A DNA stretch of 64,000 nt, from positions 18,602,001-18,666,000 of the forward strand of contig NC_058369.1 in assembly GCF_018350175.1 (NCBI RefSeq), given 5' to 3'. Under the pieces are notes generated by a model. It worked only from the letters and a program-made list of their open reading frames with translations. It was not told where the DNA came from and did not search any database. This DNA is from Felis catus (taxonomy: Eukaryota). Below are positions 12,496 to 24,950 of this stretch, one piece after another (the first letter of the stretch is position 1; each line of letters starts with the position of its first letter). Position numbers and translations under genes: made by a program.

Positions 12496-13584
12496 AGTAT
12501 GAAACAAAAGACAGACATTTTTAAAAGTTAAGTGATAAACTAAGCTATTAAAGGGGTATGAAGGCACAGACTGTTAAGAAACTGGGAGACACAAAAACAC
12601 AGAAAAGAGTTCAAAGACAAACCTTTAACTTGGGGCACTTGATAGGGATCTGAGTAGAAGACCTCTACCCAGAGTATGGTAAACCTGGGTATCGAGTCAA
12701 GAGTGGTTCCTTCTTTACCTTTCCTGGTAGAGGACCCTGCAGCAGTCACTGGGAGTTAAGTGGTTTTTGGAGCCGATGCCCACAGGGCCCCAGCTTCTAA
12801 GTCCCTGGTCATTTGGTGTTCCCTTGAAGAAATGTGGCACTTAACCCTGTTGGTAAGTCTATAATGGGCAAAAGTGACCCAGCCATCTAGTGGTGGCTGG
12901 GAGGAGAAGTCCCTATTGAGGAATGGGTCTGAAATCCCATGAGAGCTGCCTGGTCACCTGTGGCCTTGGGATAGAACAAGGTAGTGGAAACAGGAAGGAG
13001 GACAGTGTTATATCTGTTATTTATCTAGCACTGATGAGAGTGTGGGATCATGCCAAATGATAAAACATCTTCCTTAATTTTCTAAGGTAGGTGAATTTCA
13101 AATCCTTTTTCATACCTTTGCAGAGCAGCTCTATGTGTTTTTCTGAGCCTTGAGGAAACAAGTGCTGTCTTAGAAACTAGGAATATGTAAACCTGAGTGA
13201 CATGTACACCGGGAGGTAGAGGTGGACAGTGATGAGGTTGGGACAGGGCAGTAGCCCCAGGGGCTGCAATCTGGATGCTGTTCAGAATATGCCAGACACA
13301 TGAATGAGGACAGGGCTTTTCAGTCCTGAGAAGGTGGTGAAGAAGACACAGAGAGGTGAAATGGAGCAGGAGTGCTGCTCTATTGTTTGCTCTGTTGTTT
13401 GCTGCTCTCTTGTAGTGCTGCTCTACTGTTTTAGAATTTTTATTAGTTTGAAATGATGGTAAGAGCCAAGACCTTTACCTTCACATGTTTTCAAGTCCTT
13501 AGCAGAGAACATAGATCAACATTACACATAACCTGAGTATATCTGCCACTGAGCTTTTTTTTTTATACCTTAATGTTCTATTGT

Positions 13585-13752
13585 ATTTTTTTAATGTTTA
13601 TTTTTGAGAGAGAGAGAATGTGCGCAAGTGGGGGAGGGGCAGAGAGAGAGACTGAGGATCCAAAGCAGGCTCGCTCAAATTCATGAACTGATCATGATCA
13701 TGACCTGAGCCGAAGTCGGGTGCTTGACTGACTGAGCCACCCATGTGTCCCT
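13585..13752 (-). mobile_element. Can-SINE, internally deleted
   Basis: SINEC motifs. Confidence 0.8.
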
Positions 13753-14594
13753 TTGTTGTATTTTTTGTAAGGTCCTATTTTAGGAAGGAAAGCAGTTATC
13801 AATTTGGAGACCCTTGTAAATCCCTCCTTTTCCCTTAGCCCTCTCTTTCTAGAGTGACCATGATTCTGAACTTGGCCCTGAAGATGATGTGCATGATTTT
13901 ATTTATTACAAACATATGAATGTATAAACTATATATAAACATTTTGCATAAATAGTATTTACATCTTTATGCAATGGGCATTTTCTGCTAAACATTTTTT
14001 GAGGTTTATCAATTTTGTTTCTTAAATTTTAGTTCATTTTAATTGTCCTACTGAGTTCCCATGGCGTGAAGTGCCTGTTGATGCTTTCTCAGTTGATGGA
14101 CGTTGGCATTGTTTCTAGCATTTCAGTGTTCACTCTGTCTCTGTATGTATGTGTGCATACATGTATCTCTGCCTGTATATTCCTCAGTGTGTGTCTAGGA
14201 GTGGAAGGGCCCAGCTGTGTGGTGTGTTCTCTGTTTCATCCCCTCCATGATACAACATTTGAACATTTTCACCCATTCGCATTGGCATGGAATGGTTTTT
14301 CATGTTGCTTTAATTTTTTCCCCCCTGATTATTAGTGAGGTTGAACCATCTTTTTGTATGTTGACTGCTATTTAGGTTTTTTCTGTGAGTTTACTTCTTT
14401 TGCCTTCAACCAATTTTTATTGTTTTAGGGCACTTGATGTATTTTGATGGAGATCCTTTAGCCATCATATGCATTGGAAAAGCTCTCTCCCAGGCTGGGG
14501 TTGGTCCTTCTAACTTTCTTTATGATGTCCTTTACTGTATAGAAATTTAAAATTCAAATTTTTTTTTTAATGTTCTAACTTTTGGTTCTTTCTT

Positions 14595-14769
14595 TAAAAA
14601 AATTTTTTTAAGTTTACTTATTGAGAGAAAGAGAGGGGAGGGGCAGAGAGAGAGAAAGAAAATCCCAGGCCCAGCCTGATGTGGGGTTCGAACTCACGAA
14701 CCATGAAATCATGACCTGAGCTGAAACCAAGAGTCAGACACATTACTGACTGACCCACCCAGGCACCCC
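14595..14769 (-). mobile_element. Can-SINE
   Basis: SINEC motifs; TSD aaaattcaaatt. Confidence 0.82.
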
Positions 14770-14811
14770 TAAAATTCAAATTCTCATTTATCTTTTTTTT
14801 TTAAGATTAAA

Positions 14812-15815
14812 AAAAGTTTTTGAGATAATTGTGGATTTACATGGCAGTTGTTAAATAATACAGAGATCCTATGTATGCTTTATACCCAGCTTCCCCCCAT
14901 GGTAACCTCTTGCAAAACTATAGTACAACATTACAACCAGGATACTGACATTAATACATCAGAATACAGAATGTGTTCATTACCACAGGATCCCTCACTT
15001 GGCCCTTTTATAGCTATACCTATTTCCTTCATGCCCTGAGCACCTCTTAAACCCCTGCAATCACTAATCTGTTCTCCATTTCTGTAATTTTGTTACTTCA
15101 AGAACATTATAGGGGTTGTGGTGGAGAAAAAAAATATTATAAAAATGTATATAATATGTATATGTAATGTATGTATAAAAATATAGTATGTATTCCCTTG
15201 AGATTCATCCAAGTTGTCGAGTGTATCAATCAATAGCTCATTCCTTTTTTATTGTTCTTCAATATTCCATGATATGGATATGCCATAGCTTGTTTAACCA
15301 TTCCTCCATTGAAGGACAGACATCTGGATTGCGCTATTGGTTGAAAAAGCTGTTTTTCCCCATTGAATTGCTTTTGTATCTTTGTCAAAAATCAGTTGAG
15401 GGGCACCTGGGTGGCTCAGTTGAGCATCCAACTCTTGATTTCAACTCAGGTCAAGATCCCAGGGTGGTGGGATTGAGCCCCACATCGGCCTCTGTGCTGA
15501 GCATGGAGTCTGCTTGGGATTCTCTCTCTTTCTCTCTCTCTCAATCTAAAATAAAAAAATAAATAAGAAAATAATCTATTTCTGGGTTCTCAATTCTGTT
15601 CCGTTGATTTATGTTAGTCCCTCCACTAATAGCAGTCTTGATTTTTGTAACTAGCTAAGTTTTGATACTAGGTAGAATAATTCTTTTTTCTTCTTTTTCA
15701 AAATTATTTTTGGCTGTTATAGCTCCTTTGCCTCTCCATATAAATTTGAGAATAGTCTTGTCTATGTCTACAAAATTTCTTTCTAGAATTTTGATAGGGA
15801 TTTCATTAAACCTTA
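14812..15815 (-). mobile_element. Ancient L1 (L1M-type) fragments, interrupted by a + strand SINE at 15399-15570
   Basis: L1M 3'-end and ORF2 antisense motifs (ttttgagataattgtggatttaca..., ttttccccattgaattgctttt..., ttgatagggatttcattaaa). Confidence 0.65.
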
Positions 15816-15817
15816 AA

Positions 15818-16380
15818 TTAGTTTCCTAGGGCTACTGTAAACAATTACCACAACCTTAGTGGCTTAGGTAATATACATTTATTTTCTCACAACTCTGGAG
15901 ACCAGAAGTCCAAAATCAAGGAGTTGGCAAGGGCTGTGCTCTGTCTGCGGAATCTGGAGATGAGTTTATTCCTTGTCTATTCTATTTTCTGGTAGCTGCT
16001 GGTATTCCTTGGCTTGTGGCCACATCACTCCAATATTCTCTTCCTCAATTTTCACATCTCCTTCTCCCTCTGTGGTGTGTATAGTCTTGCTCTGCCTCTC
16101 TCTTATAATGACAGTTGTGGTTGGATTTAAGGTCCACCTGGGCGGGCGCCTGGGTGGCTCAGTTGGTTGAACGTCCCACATTGGGTCAGGTCCTGATCTC
16201 AGTTTGTGAGTTTGAGCCCCACATTGGGCTTGCTGTTGTCAGTGCAGAGCCCCCTTTGGATCCTCTCTTCCCTTCTCTGTCTGCCCCTCCCCTGGTCGCA
16301 CTCTCACTCTCAAAAGAAAGTAAATTAAAAAAAAAAAAAAAAAAAAGGTCCACCAGGGTAATCTCCCTAGGTCAAGATTC
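15818..16380. mobile_element. MLT1-type MaLR LTR, interrupted by a + strand SINE at 16144-16346
   Basis: ttagtttcctagggctactgtaaacaattaccacaaccttagtggctta...ctggagaccagaagtccaaaatcaagg; SINE TSD aaggtccacc. Confidence 0.75.
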
Positions 16381-17316
16381 TTTTTAAAAAAATTTTTTTT
16401 AATGTTTATTTATTTTTGAGACAGCGCAAGAGACAGAGTGCAAGTGGCGGAGGGGCAGAGAGAGAGGGAGACACAGAATCTGAAGCAGGCTCCAGGCTCG
16501 GAGCTGTCAGCACAGAGCCTGATGCGGGGCTGTAATTCACAAACTGTGAGATCATGACCTGAGCCAAAGTCAGACACTTAAGCTACTCAGGCTCCCTCCT
16601 TTTTTTTTTTTTTAATTAAATATTTATTTATTTATTAATTTTTTTTTTAACATTTGTTTATTTTTGAGACAGAGAGAGACAGAGCATGAACGGGGGAGGG
16701 GCAGAGAGAGAGGGAGACACAGATTCGGAAGCAGGCTCCAGGCTCCGAGCCATCAGCCCAGAGCCCAACACGGGGCTCGAACTCACGGACCGCAAGATCG
16801 TGACCTGAGCCAAAGTCGGACGCTTAACCGACAGAGCCACCCAGGTGCCCCAATGTTTGTTTATTTTTGAGAGAGGCTGGGTGTGTGTGTGTGTGCGTGC
16901 GCACGCTCACACACAGAGGAAGGACAGAGAGGGAGAGAGAGAATTCCAAGCAGGCTCCACACTGCCAGCGCAGAGTCCGACATGGGACTTGGTCCCACAA
17001 ACTATGAGATCATTACCTGAGTCAGTTCCATTACCTGAGTAAGGAACCCCACAATTTTGTATTTTGTTCTGCAACTCTAGTTCTGTTTTGCCTGGCCTTT
17101 TGTTGTTGTTGTTGTTTTCTTTTTTTTTTTTTTTTTTTTTTTTTTGAGAGAGAGAGAGAGCACAAGTGGGGTGAGGGGCAGAGGTAGAGAGAGAATCTTA
17201 AGCAGGCTCCACACTAAGTGTGGAGCCTGATAGGGGCTCAATCCCATGATCCTGGGATCATGACCTGAGCCAAAATCAAGAGGTGGATACTTAACTGACT
17301 GAGCCACCTAGACACC
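16380..17316 (-). mobile_element. Cluster of four antisense Can-SINEs (16380-16595, 16600-16851, 16852-17030, 17120-17316)
   Basis: Consecutive SINEC bodies and tails. Confidence 0.85.
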
Positions 17317-17344
17317 TCATAACCTGGCTTTTTCGGATACTCTA

Positions 17345-17498
17345 GGATTTATCTTATTTATGATGGAGAAGGGAGAGAGGACCCTAATTGTATTTGGTTT
17401 TCTACATGAATGACCACTGGTCCGGGTGCCTTTGAACAGCTCCTTTGCAAGCTGATTTTGGGCTTTCCCTCTAGTTCCTCAGTCCACTTCTACTCTGC
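17345..17498 (+). repeat. ~150-bp local direct repeat, copy 1
   Basis: ggatttatcttattt...gatggagaagggagagaggacc...ctcctttgcaagctgattttgggc...agtccacttctactctgc recurs at 19003-19148. Confidence 0.9.
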
Positions 17499-17577
17499 TG
17501 CTGACAGGGGAGGGTAAGGGAGGTGTACTGCCTCATTACTGGAAAGTAGAGGTAGAAGTCCAGGTTCCTTACTCACC

Positions 17578-18090
17578 TTTTTTTTTTTTTTAACTTTTTA
17601 TTTATTTTTGAGAAAGATGTGAGCAGGGGAGGGGCAGAGAGAGAGGGAGACACAGAATCTGAAGCAGGCTGCAGGCTCTGAGCTGTCAGCACGGAGCCCG
17701 ACGCGGGGCTCGAACTCACGAGCTGTGAGATCATGACCTGAGCCGAAGTCGGGACGCTTAACCGACTGAGCCACCCAGTCACCTTTTTTTTTTTTTTTAA
17801 CTGAAGTATAATTAACTAACATACAGTGTTCTGTTAGTTTCAGGCATACAGTATAGTGATTCAACAATTGTATACCTTCCTCAGTGCTCACCACAATAAG
17901 TGTAGTCACCATATATTATTACAGTATTATTGACTATATTCCCTATGCTGTACTTTTTATCTCCATGACTTATTTATTTTATAACTGGAAGTTTGTACCT
18001 CTTAATCACCTTTATCTATTTTCCCCATTCCCCCACTTACTTCCCCTCTGGCAACTATCAGTTCTCTATATTTAAGAGTCTGCTTTTTGT
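17578..18090 (-). mobile_element. Can-SINE (17578-17783) followed by a carnivore L1 3' fragment
   Basis: SINEC body, then tgaagtataattaac...atacagtgttctgttagtttcagg...tagtgattcaaca, typical of L1_Carn 3' ends. Confidence 0.75.
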
Positions 18091-18094
18091 TTGT

Positions 18095-18870
18095 TTGCCC
18101 CACTCAGCCTTTTTCGACACCTGAGGACTCGTAAAGTCCTTTTTAACTGCTGGGTGGGGGTGGGAATTCTAGTTCCTTAGGCCTCTTTATCACTGCGCAC
18201 TGGTGAAAGTTCTGGCACCATCCCTGCAGGTAGGGGGAGACACTCCTGTTATATTGCTTGGATGGGCATAGAAATCTTGGTTTGGTTTCCATTGAAACCT
18301 AGGGACTAGAGGAGTAGGAGGGGTGGTGCATTGTTAACTGGCCAGTGGGGATGAAAGTCCCAGCTCCTTACTTGGCCTGCTCTGACACTGCCCCAGTGGG
18401 AATATTAGGGAGCCTTATTACAGCATCATGAGGGTGGAAGTCTTAGGCTCCCCACTTGGCCTTTACTGGCACGGGTGGGAGTGGGGCCACAGTTTTTTTC
18501 TGTGGTGTTTGGCCAGAATAGAGCCTTTATTGTCTAAATGTTTTCTGTCTTGCTAGGCTACTCCCTTCCTGCTCCTTTGGCTGAAGAGAGCAGACTTTTG
18601 TTGGGACTGTTTTTTGTGTCATCTGTTGGCATTTCTAGGTTGCCAGCCTCTTCAGCTTCAATTCTGGGATATATGAGGCAAAAAGAAAACCCAGGGAACT
18701 CACCACTGTGTCTTTCCTTGAGTCCTGGGGTCCCTCATTGGTCTGCCTTCTTCTCTTAACTTTTTAGAGTCTGATGTTTATTTTATATATACTGTCTAGG
18801 ATTTTTTGTTGTGTTTAGTGGGAAATGGGAAAAAATACATCTATCTCATAATTCTTAGAAGTGGTAGTAC
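18095..18870 (-). mobile_element. Probable ancient L1 5'-region fragment
   Basis: Internally repetitive ggtggaagtc..aggctccccact motifs and an end resembling old L1M 5' termini. Confidence 0.4.
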
Positions 18871-19002
18871 AGTTTTTTTCTTTTATGCTTTGTTTTTTAA
18901 TGTCTTGTTAAATGTAATCATTCTTTATCCTGACATTTATTTCACTATATTGTAAAATTTTTAAAGTTCTCCTTTTTTACATTTGTGTATGTAATCCACC
19001 TG

Positions 19003-19148
19003 GGATTTATCTTATTTACGATGGAGAAGGGAGAGAGGACCTAACTGTATTTGGTTTTCTACATAAATGACCACTGGTCATTTGAATAGCTCCTTTGCAA
19101 GCTGATTTTGGGCTTTTCCTCTGGTTTCAGAGTCCACTTCTACTCTGC
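19003..19148 (+). repeat. ~150-bp local direct repeat, copy 2
   Basis: Near-identical to 17345-17498, with scattered substitutions and small indels. Confidence 0.9.
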
Positions 19149-20335
19149 CACTATAATACTGCTTTAAATACAGTAGCTTTATGATAAGTCTTTGGTAGGT
19201 TAGGACTCCCAGCCTTCAAAATTGTTTTACTTGGGTTTTGGCTGTCTCATGAATTTTAGTTCAAAAACAAAGTAAGAATGGGAATGGCAAAATCAGTAAC
19301 AACACAAACAAAACACAAAAAACCCAAACTATTGGAATTGGTTTGGATTTGATTGACCTCACAGTACACACTGCCCATTTCAGTGGCCTTTTTTTTTTTT
19401 TTTTTTTTTTTTTAAAGTAATACTTTTTACTTTGTATTATCCTGGTCAGAAAACATTATGTAGCCCCTGGGCCGCAGGGCTTAATTCTTTTCTAGAATGG
19501 GAAATTGCTTGTTATGGCTGTGGTCACCTTGAGGACACCCAGCAAGTCCCACAGTGCATCTATGTGGCTGTCAGCCTTGGAGCAAATGTTCTGAGCTGCC
19601 TGCACTGAAGTGGGTGAGGGGTTTGAGGGACAATGTGCAGGGTTCTAATTTCTCTTTTGGGGGTGGGGGGCAAGAGGCCAAATAAGTTTTGTTTAGGGGC
19701 ACGGAGTTTGCAAATATGTTTTTGATAAACAAATCCTATGATTAGTGTTTGGGGTGTGAGGAGTGGGCAGTTGCTGAACTTGTCTGTGCAAATTCTTGTT
19801 TTTTGTTTTTTGGTTTTTTTAGTCTCTTCAAAAGCATTGTTTTAAGACGTAATAATTGTTACATTTGCCACATTGTTTGATCTCCACATACACACACAGC
19901 ATTTTTTTCCCCTTGAAATATTTCAAAGTAAATTGCAGAGATTTTTGATACTTCAGCTGTAAATCCTTCAAAATTGAGGACAGTCTTTTATAGAACCACC
20001 CCACCATTGTCTCACCTAAGAACATTAACAATAAATCCAGTCTCCAATCCAGCGACGCAATTCCCAATTACTCCTTTTGAAGCTGGGCTTATGTGTTTTC
20101 TGTTTTTTGGGGTTAAAAAATTTTTTTTTGTTTTAAGTAAATTCACATCCAGTCAAGATACACACTCTACATCTGGTTTCTGTTCCTAAATCTAGAACAG
20201 CCCCCTTGTGTTTAGGGGTGTCAGCATTTGGACAGACCAGGCCAGTTATCTTGTAGAAGGTCCACATTCTAGACTTGTCTGATTGTGTCTTTATGACTCC
20301 TGTGTTTGCTGTAAACAGGGAGTTAGGTCTAGAGC

Positions 20336-21293
20336 AGCATTGCCCAACAGCAGTATACACGATGTGAACCACTCACGTGATTTAATATGTTCTGGTAGCC
20401 ACATGAAAAAAATGTTTATTTATTTCTTAAAAAAATTTTTTTTAATGTTTATTTATTTTTGAGACAGAGAGAGACAGAGCATGAACGGGGGGGAGGGTCA
20501 GAGAGAGAGGGAGACACAGAATTTGAAGCAGGCTCCAGGCTCTGAGCTGTCAGCACAGAGCCCATTGTGGAGCTTGAACTCATGAACCTCGAGATCATGA
20601 CCTGAGCCGAAGTTGGACACTTAACCGACTGAGCCACCCAGGTGCCCTGAAAAAAATATGTTTAAATAAGAAGATGCAATTGGGGGATGCCTGGGTGGCT
20701 CAGTTTGTTAAGCGTCCCACTCTGGGTATTAACTCAGGTCTTTTTTTTTTTTTTTTTTTCGACTCAGGTCTTAATCTCATGGTTTGTGAGATCAAGCCCC
20801 GCGTGGGGCTTTGCACTGACAGCATGGAGCCCACTTGGGATTCTCTCTCTCCATTTTCTCTCTCCCCTTCCCTGCTTGCACATGTGCATGTGCACACTCC
20901 CTGTCTCTCTCAAATAAAAGAAGATGGGATTTATTTCAGTAATGTGTTTCATTTCCCACATTTCTTTATTATTTATCATTTATTAATATTCATTATTTTC
21001 TTTATTTTTTAAAGTTTACTTATTTTGAGAGAGCGAGCACACACACAGCGGGGGAGGGGCAGAGAGGGAGAGAGAGAATCCCAAGCAGGCTCTGTGCTAT
21101 CACGACATGGGGCTCGAACTCACAAAACTGGGAGATTATTACCTGAGCCGAAATCGAGAGACGCTCAACCAGTTGAGCCACCCAGGTGCTGCTGTGCTAA
21201 CTTTTAAAAACCCAGTATGTATTTTACTGGGCCAGCCACATTTCTAGTGCTCAGTGGCCACATGTTGCTGATGCCTTTGAACTGGACAGCACA
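20336..21293. mobile_element. MER33-like hAT-Charlie element split by three Can-SINEs (20428-20648 -, 20682-20918 +, 21003-21189 -)
   Basis: Ends cagcattgcccaacag... and ...gccacatttctagtgctcagtggccacatg...ctggacagcacag, with internal tagccacat motifs. Confidence 0.7.
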
Positions 21294-21421
21294 GGGTGAG
21301 ACTTGATCCCAGTCAGGGTAGATATTTTTGGCAAGAACACTTAAAGGGTAGTAACTGCCTGTGTACAACTTTGAAACCATGGGGTTTGCTAAAGTCTGAG
21401 TCTACTCTTCTTCTCTTTCAG

Positions 21422-21530
21422 GCCCTGGGATGGAGCCGGTGTGCAGAGGGCGGTGAGGACCCAGCTCTGGGACCACATCACTTGCCTCCTTTCTTAGTGA
21501 AACTGTCGGCTTGAGTAGTCTCAGGCTCGG
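21422..21530 (+). other. DAG1: DAG1 5'UTR part of the first coding exon
   Basis: Polypyrimidine tract plus CAG acceptor at 21402-21421 directly upstream. The non-coding first exon and promoter are not seen in the window and are presumably upstream. Confidence 0.85.
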
Positions 21531-21806
21531 ATGAGGATGTCTTCGGGCCTCTCGTTGCTGCTCCCCCTCTGGGGGAGGACCTTTCTTCTTCTGCTCACTG
21601 TGGCCGTGGCTCAGTCCCATTGGCCTTCGGAGGCCAGCAGGGACTGGGAGAACCAGCTTGAGGCGTCCATGCACTCAGTGCTTTCAGACCTTCACGAGGC
21701 TGTTCCCACAGTGGTGGGCATTCCTGATGGCACGGCTGTCGTTGGGCGCTCATTTCGAGTGACCATTCCAATGGATTTAATTGCTTCCAATGGAGAACTC
21801 ATCAAG
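21531..21806 (+). CDS. DAG1: Dystroglycan 1, first coding exon (signal peptide and start of the alpha-DG N-terminal domain; 92 codons)
   Basis: Translates [80 protein letters not shown]...IK, recognisable as the dystroglycan N-terminus. Donor AAG|GTGAGA after 21806 (phase 0); acceptor ttctctttcag| before 21422. Confidence 0.98.
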
Positions 21807-22202
21807 GTGAGATTGGATATAAAACTTACGTAAATGAGGGAGAATTCTCATCTGCATTTTAGTTGTTTTTTGTTTTTTTTAGTTTTAGTTTTCCATTCTA
21901 AGCTCCAGCAACTCTGAGCTCAGTTCTTCTAGGACCTGTGCAGTTACCTTAAGAGAGGGACAACCACTGATGTTTATAAGAGGGTTCCCAGATATCCTAG
22001 AATAGCATCCTAAACTTTTATTCTTGCTCTCATTTTGAAGGTGTTACCATTAAAAAGCCTTTACATCTGTGGTTTGGAAGATTCTTGGTCATCAGGTTAG
22101 GATTTGATGGAAGAGCTTTGTGTGTAGGCAGAGGTCTCCTGTCTTTAACCATGGGATTAAACCCAAGAAATAAGAACTGTTAAATGATTTGAACCTATTT
22201 TC

Positions 22203-23130
22203 TTTTTAAAGTTTTTATTTTTATTTGAGAGAGAGCGAGCACATGTGCTGGGGAGGGGCAGAGGGAGAAGAAGAGAGGGAATCTTAAGCAGGCTCCATGT
22301 TCAGTCAGGAGCCCGGTGTGGGACTCGATCCCATGACCCTGGGATCATGACCTGAGCCGAAAGCAAGAGTTGGATGCTCAACCAGTTTGTTTTGCTCACA
22401 ATTTTGTGGCCAGGAATTCCGGGATTCAGAACTCATCTGGGAACCTCATTTCTGCTTCACATGGCACTAGCTAGAATGGCTCATCTGGGGCTGGAGGATC
22501 CATTTCCAAGATGTTGTGTTTTTTTTTTGTTTGTTTGTTTTTTTTTTTAAATGCTTACTTATTTTTGAGAGAGAGTGTGTGTGCAAGAGCTGGGGAGGGG
22601 CAGAGAGAGGGAGACAGAGGATCCAAAGAGGGCTCTGTGTTGACAGCAAGAGAGCCCGATGCAGGGCTCAAACTCACAAACCATGAGATCATGACCTGAG
22701 CCGAAGTCGCTTAACTGACTGAGCCACCCAGTGCCTCCTAAGATGGTTTATTAATGGCTGGCAAGTTGGTGCTGCCTGTTGACAGGGAGCTTAGCTGGGG
22801 CTGTTGGTTAGGGTCCTAGGTTCCTCTCCATGTAGACCTTTTCATGAGCTGCTTGGATTTCCTTACAGCACAATAACTGGGTTCCAAGATTGGGTATTCC
22901 AAGAAACAGGAAGTGGAAGCTGCCAGTCTTTTAAGGCCTGGCTTGGTAACTTGCATAGCAACACTTCCATTGTACTCATTGGTCAAAGCACACACAGCCT
23001 TCGGTGGGTCCTTATCCTCTTTCCCCTCTCTGACCCATAAGCCCCAGGCATCTAGATTAGAAATGGTCACAAATGCTATGGCCACTCTTTCCATTGAGAG
23101 GTGAGTCTGTGCCCCTTTCCCTTGAATCTG
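22203..23130. mobile_element. Can-SINEs (22203-22385 -, 22518-22737 -) with MLT1-type LTR remnants
   Basis: SINEC bodies; MLT-like ggggctggaggatccatttccaagatg...ggctggcaagttggtgctg. Confidence 0.7.
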
Positions 23131-23789
23131 GGCAGACTCACTCCTTACCTGTACCTTCTTTGTGCTCCTTTCCTTTTCCCTGTTGGCCCCCTTCTCTTTA
23201 GTTCATGGCTTGTTCCCAGGGTGGGCCTTGTGATCTCAAAGGTGGTCATATTTCTGAAGATCCTGGCTTACTTGCACAGAGCTCTTTCTAGTTTGCAGAA
23301 GATTTCCATGTAATCTTTGTAATGCCTCTGGAAGCCACAGCTAGTTTGACCATTAGAAAAAGAAGAGTGGCAGTTTTGGAAGTACAGTCCTTGCCCAACT
23401 TCAAGTTTGAGCTTTTGAATATCCAAACCCTGCAGTGGTTGCCCTTGTTCAGTGGCCATTAGAATGTTTGACATGCATTAGTTTTGACGAGAGGTGCCTT
23501 GAGTCAATATAGTGAGCTGGGTATTTGCTGTATCTGGCAGAGAGACATTTAACAGGCTTATTCATCAGGGGAGTAAAGAGATTTTACTGGGAAAACAGGA
23601 TTTTATCTGAGCACATTTATTTGTAGAAAGCAGACCATTTAGTAGCTGATTAGCCTGTGGAAGAACAAATGAAAATGTGTGATTCTTCTACCATCAGAGC
23701 TGTGTGGGGTGGGAAATCAGATCAGAAAGCCTGACTTCATCTCTGGAGCTTCCATTTCCCTGTATGTAAAACAAGATTGATAAATCTTT

Positions 23790-24021
23790 TTTTTTTTTTT
23801 TTTAATTTTTTTTTTTCAACGTTTATTTATTTTTGGGACAGAGAGAGACAGAGCATGAACGGGGGAGGGGCAGAGAGAGAGGGAGACACAGAATCGGAAA
23901 CAGGCTCCAGGCTCTGAGCCATCAGCCCAGAGCCTGACGCGGGGCTCGAACTCACAGACCGCGAGATCGTGACCTGGCTGAAGTCGGACGCTTAACCGAC
24001 TGCGCCACCCAGGCGCGCCGG
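23790..24021 (-). mobile_element. Young felid SINE (SINEC_Fc-type)
   Basis: CpGs largely intact, long A-tail, perfect 17-bp TSD AAGATTGATAAATCTTT. Confidence 0.93.
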
Positions 24022-24054
24022 AAGATTGATAAATCTTTATATAAAAAGAGTTGA

Positions 24055-24950
24055 GGGGCGCCTGGGTGGCTCAGTCATTTGGGTGTCCGACTTTGGCCGA
24101 GGTCGTGATCTCACGGTTCATGGGTTTGAGCCCCGCATCAGGCTCTGTGCTGACAGCTTAGAGCCTGGAGCCTGCTTTGAATTCTGTGTCTCCCTCTCTC
24201 TCTGCCCCTTCCCTGCTCACACACTCTCTCTGTCTCTCAAAAATAAATAAACATTGAAAAAAAAAAAAGTTGAGGTTTTTTTTCTTATTATAACAATGAT
24301 CTATAAATGTGTGTTGTAGGGGCACCTGGGGGGGGGTGGCTCAGTTGAGCATCCAATGCTTGATTTCTGCTAAGGTCATGATCCCAGGATGGTGGAATCC
24401 AGCCCATGTTGGGCTCGGCGCTCAGCGTGAATCCTGCTTAAGTTCTCTCTCTCTGTCTTTCTCTCCCCGCCTCCCTCCCACCCCCCGCGCTTGCACTCTG
24501 TCTCTAAAATCAAAACAAAAGCGATTTTAAAAAATGTATTCTTTGGGAATGTGGCTTTTATTTATTTTTAATTAAAAAATGTTTAATGTTTATTCATTTT
24601 TGAGAGAGAGGGAGAGAGAGAGAATGAGCGGGGGAGGGGCAGAGACAGAGGGAGACACAGAATCCAAAACAGGCTTCAGGCTCTGAGCTGTCAGTACAGA
24701 GCCTGATGTGGGGCTCAAACTCACAAACTGTGAAATCATGACCTGAGTTGAAGTCGGATGCTTCACCGACTGAGCCACCCAGGCACCCCTTTAATTTTTT
24801 TTTTTTTTATGTTTATTTATCTTTGAGATAGAGACAGAGAGGGGGACAGAGGATTTGAATTGGAATGGCTTTGGAGCTTGAACTTACGAACCATGAGATC
24901 ATGACCTGAGCCAAAGTTGGATGCTCAACCGACTGAGCCACCCAGGCACC
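24055..24950. mobile_element. Cluster of four Can-SINEs (24055-24268 +, 24319-24520 +, 24570-24789 -, 24792-24950 -)
   Basis: SINEC heads, bodies and tails. Confidence 0.85.

Noticed and set aside
21807..21833. ORF-track extension VRLDIKLT* of the DAG1 first coding exon
   Set aside because: Read-through past the GT donor into the intron.
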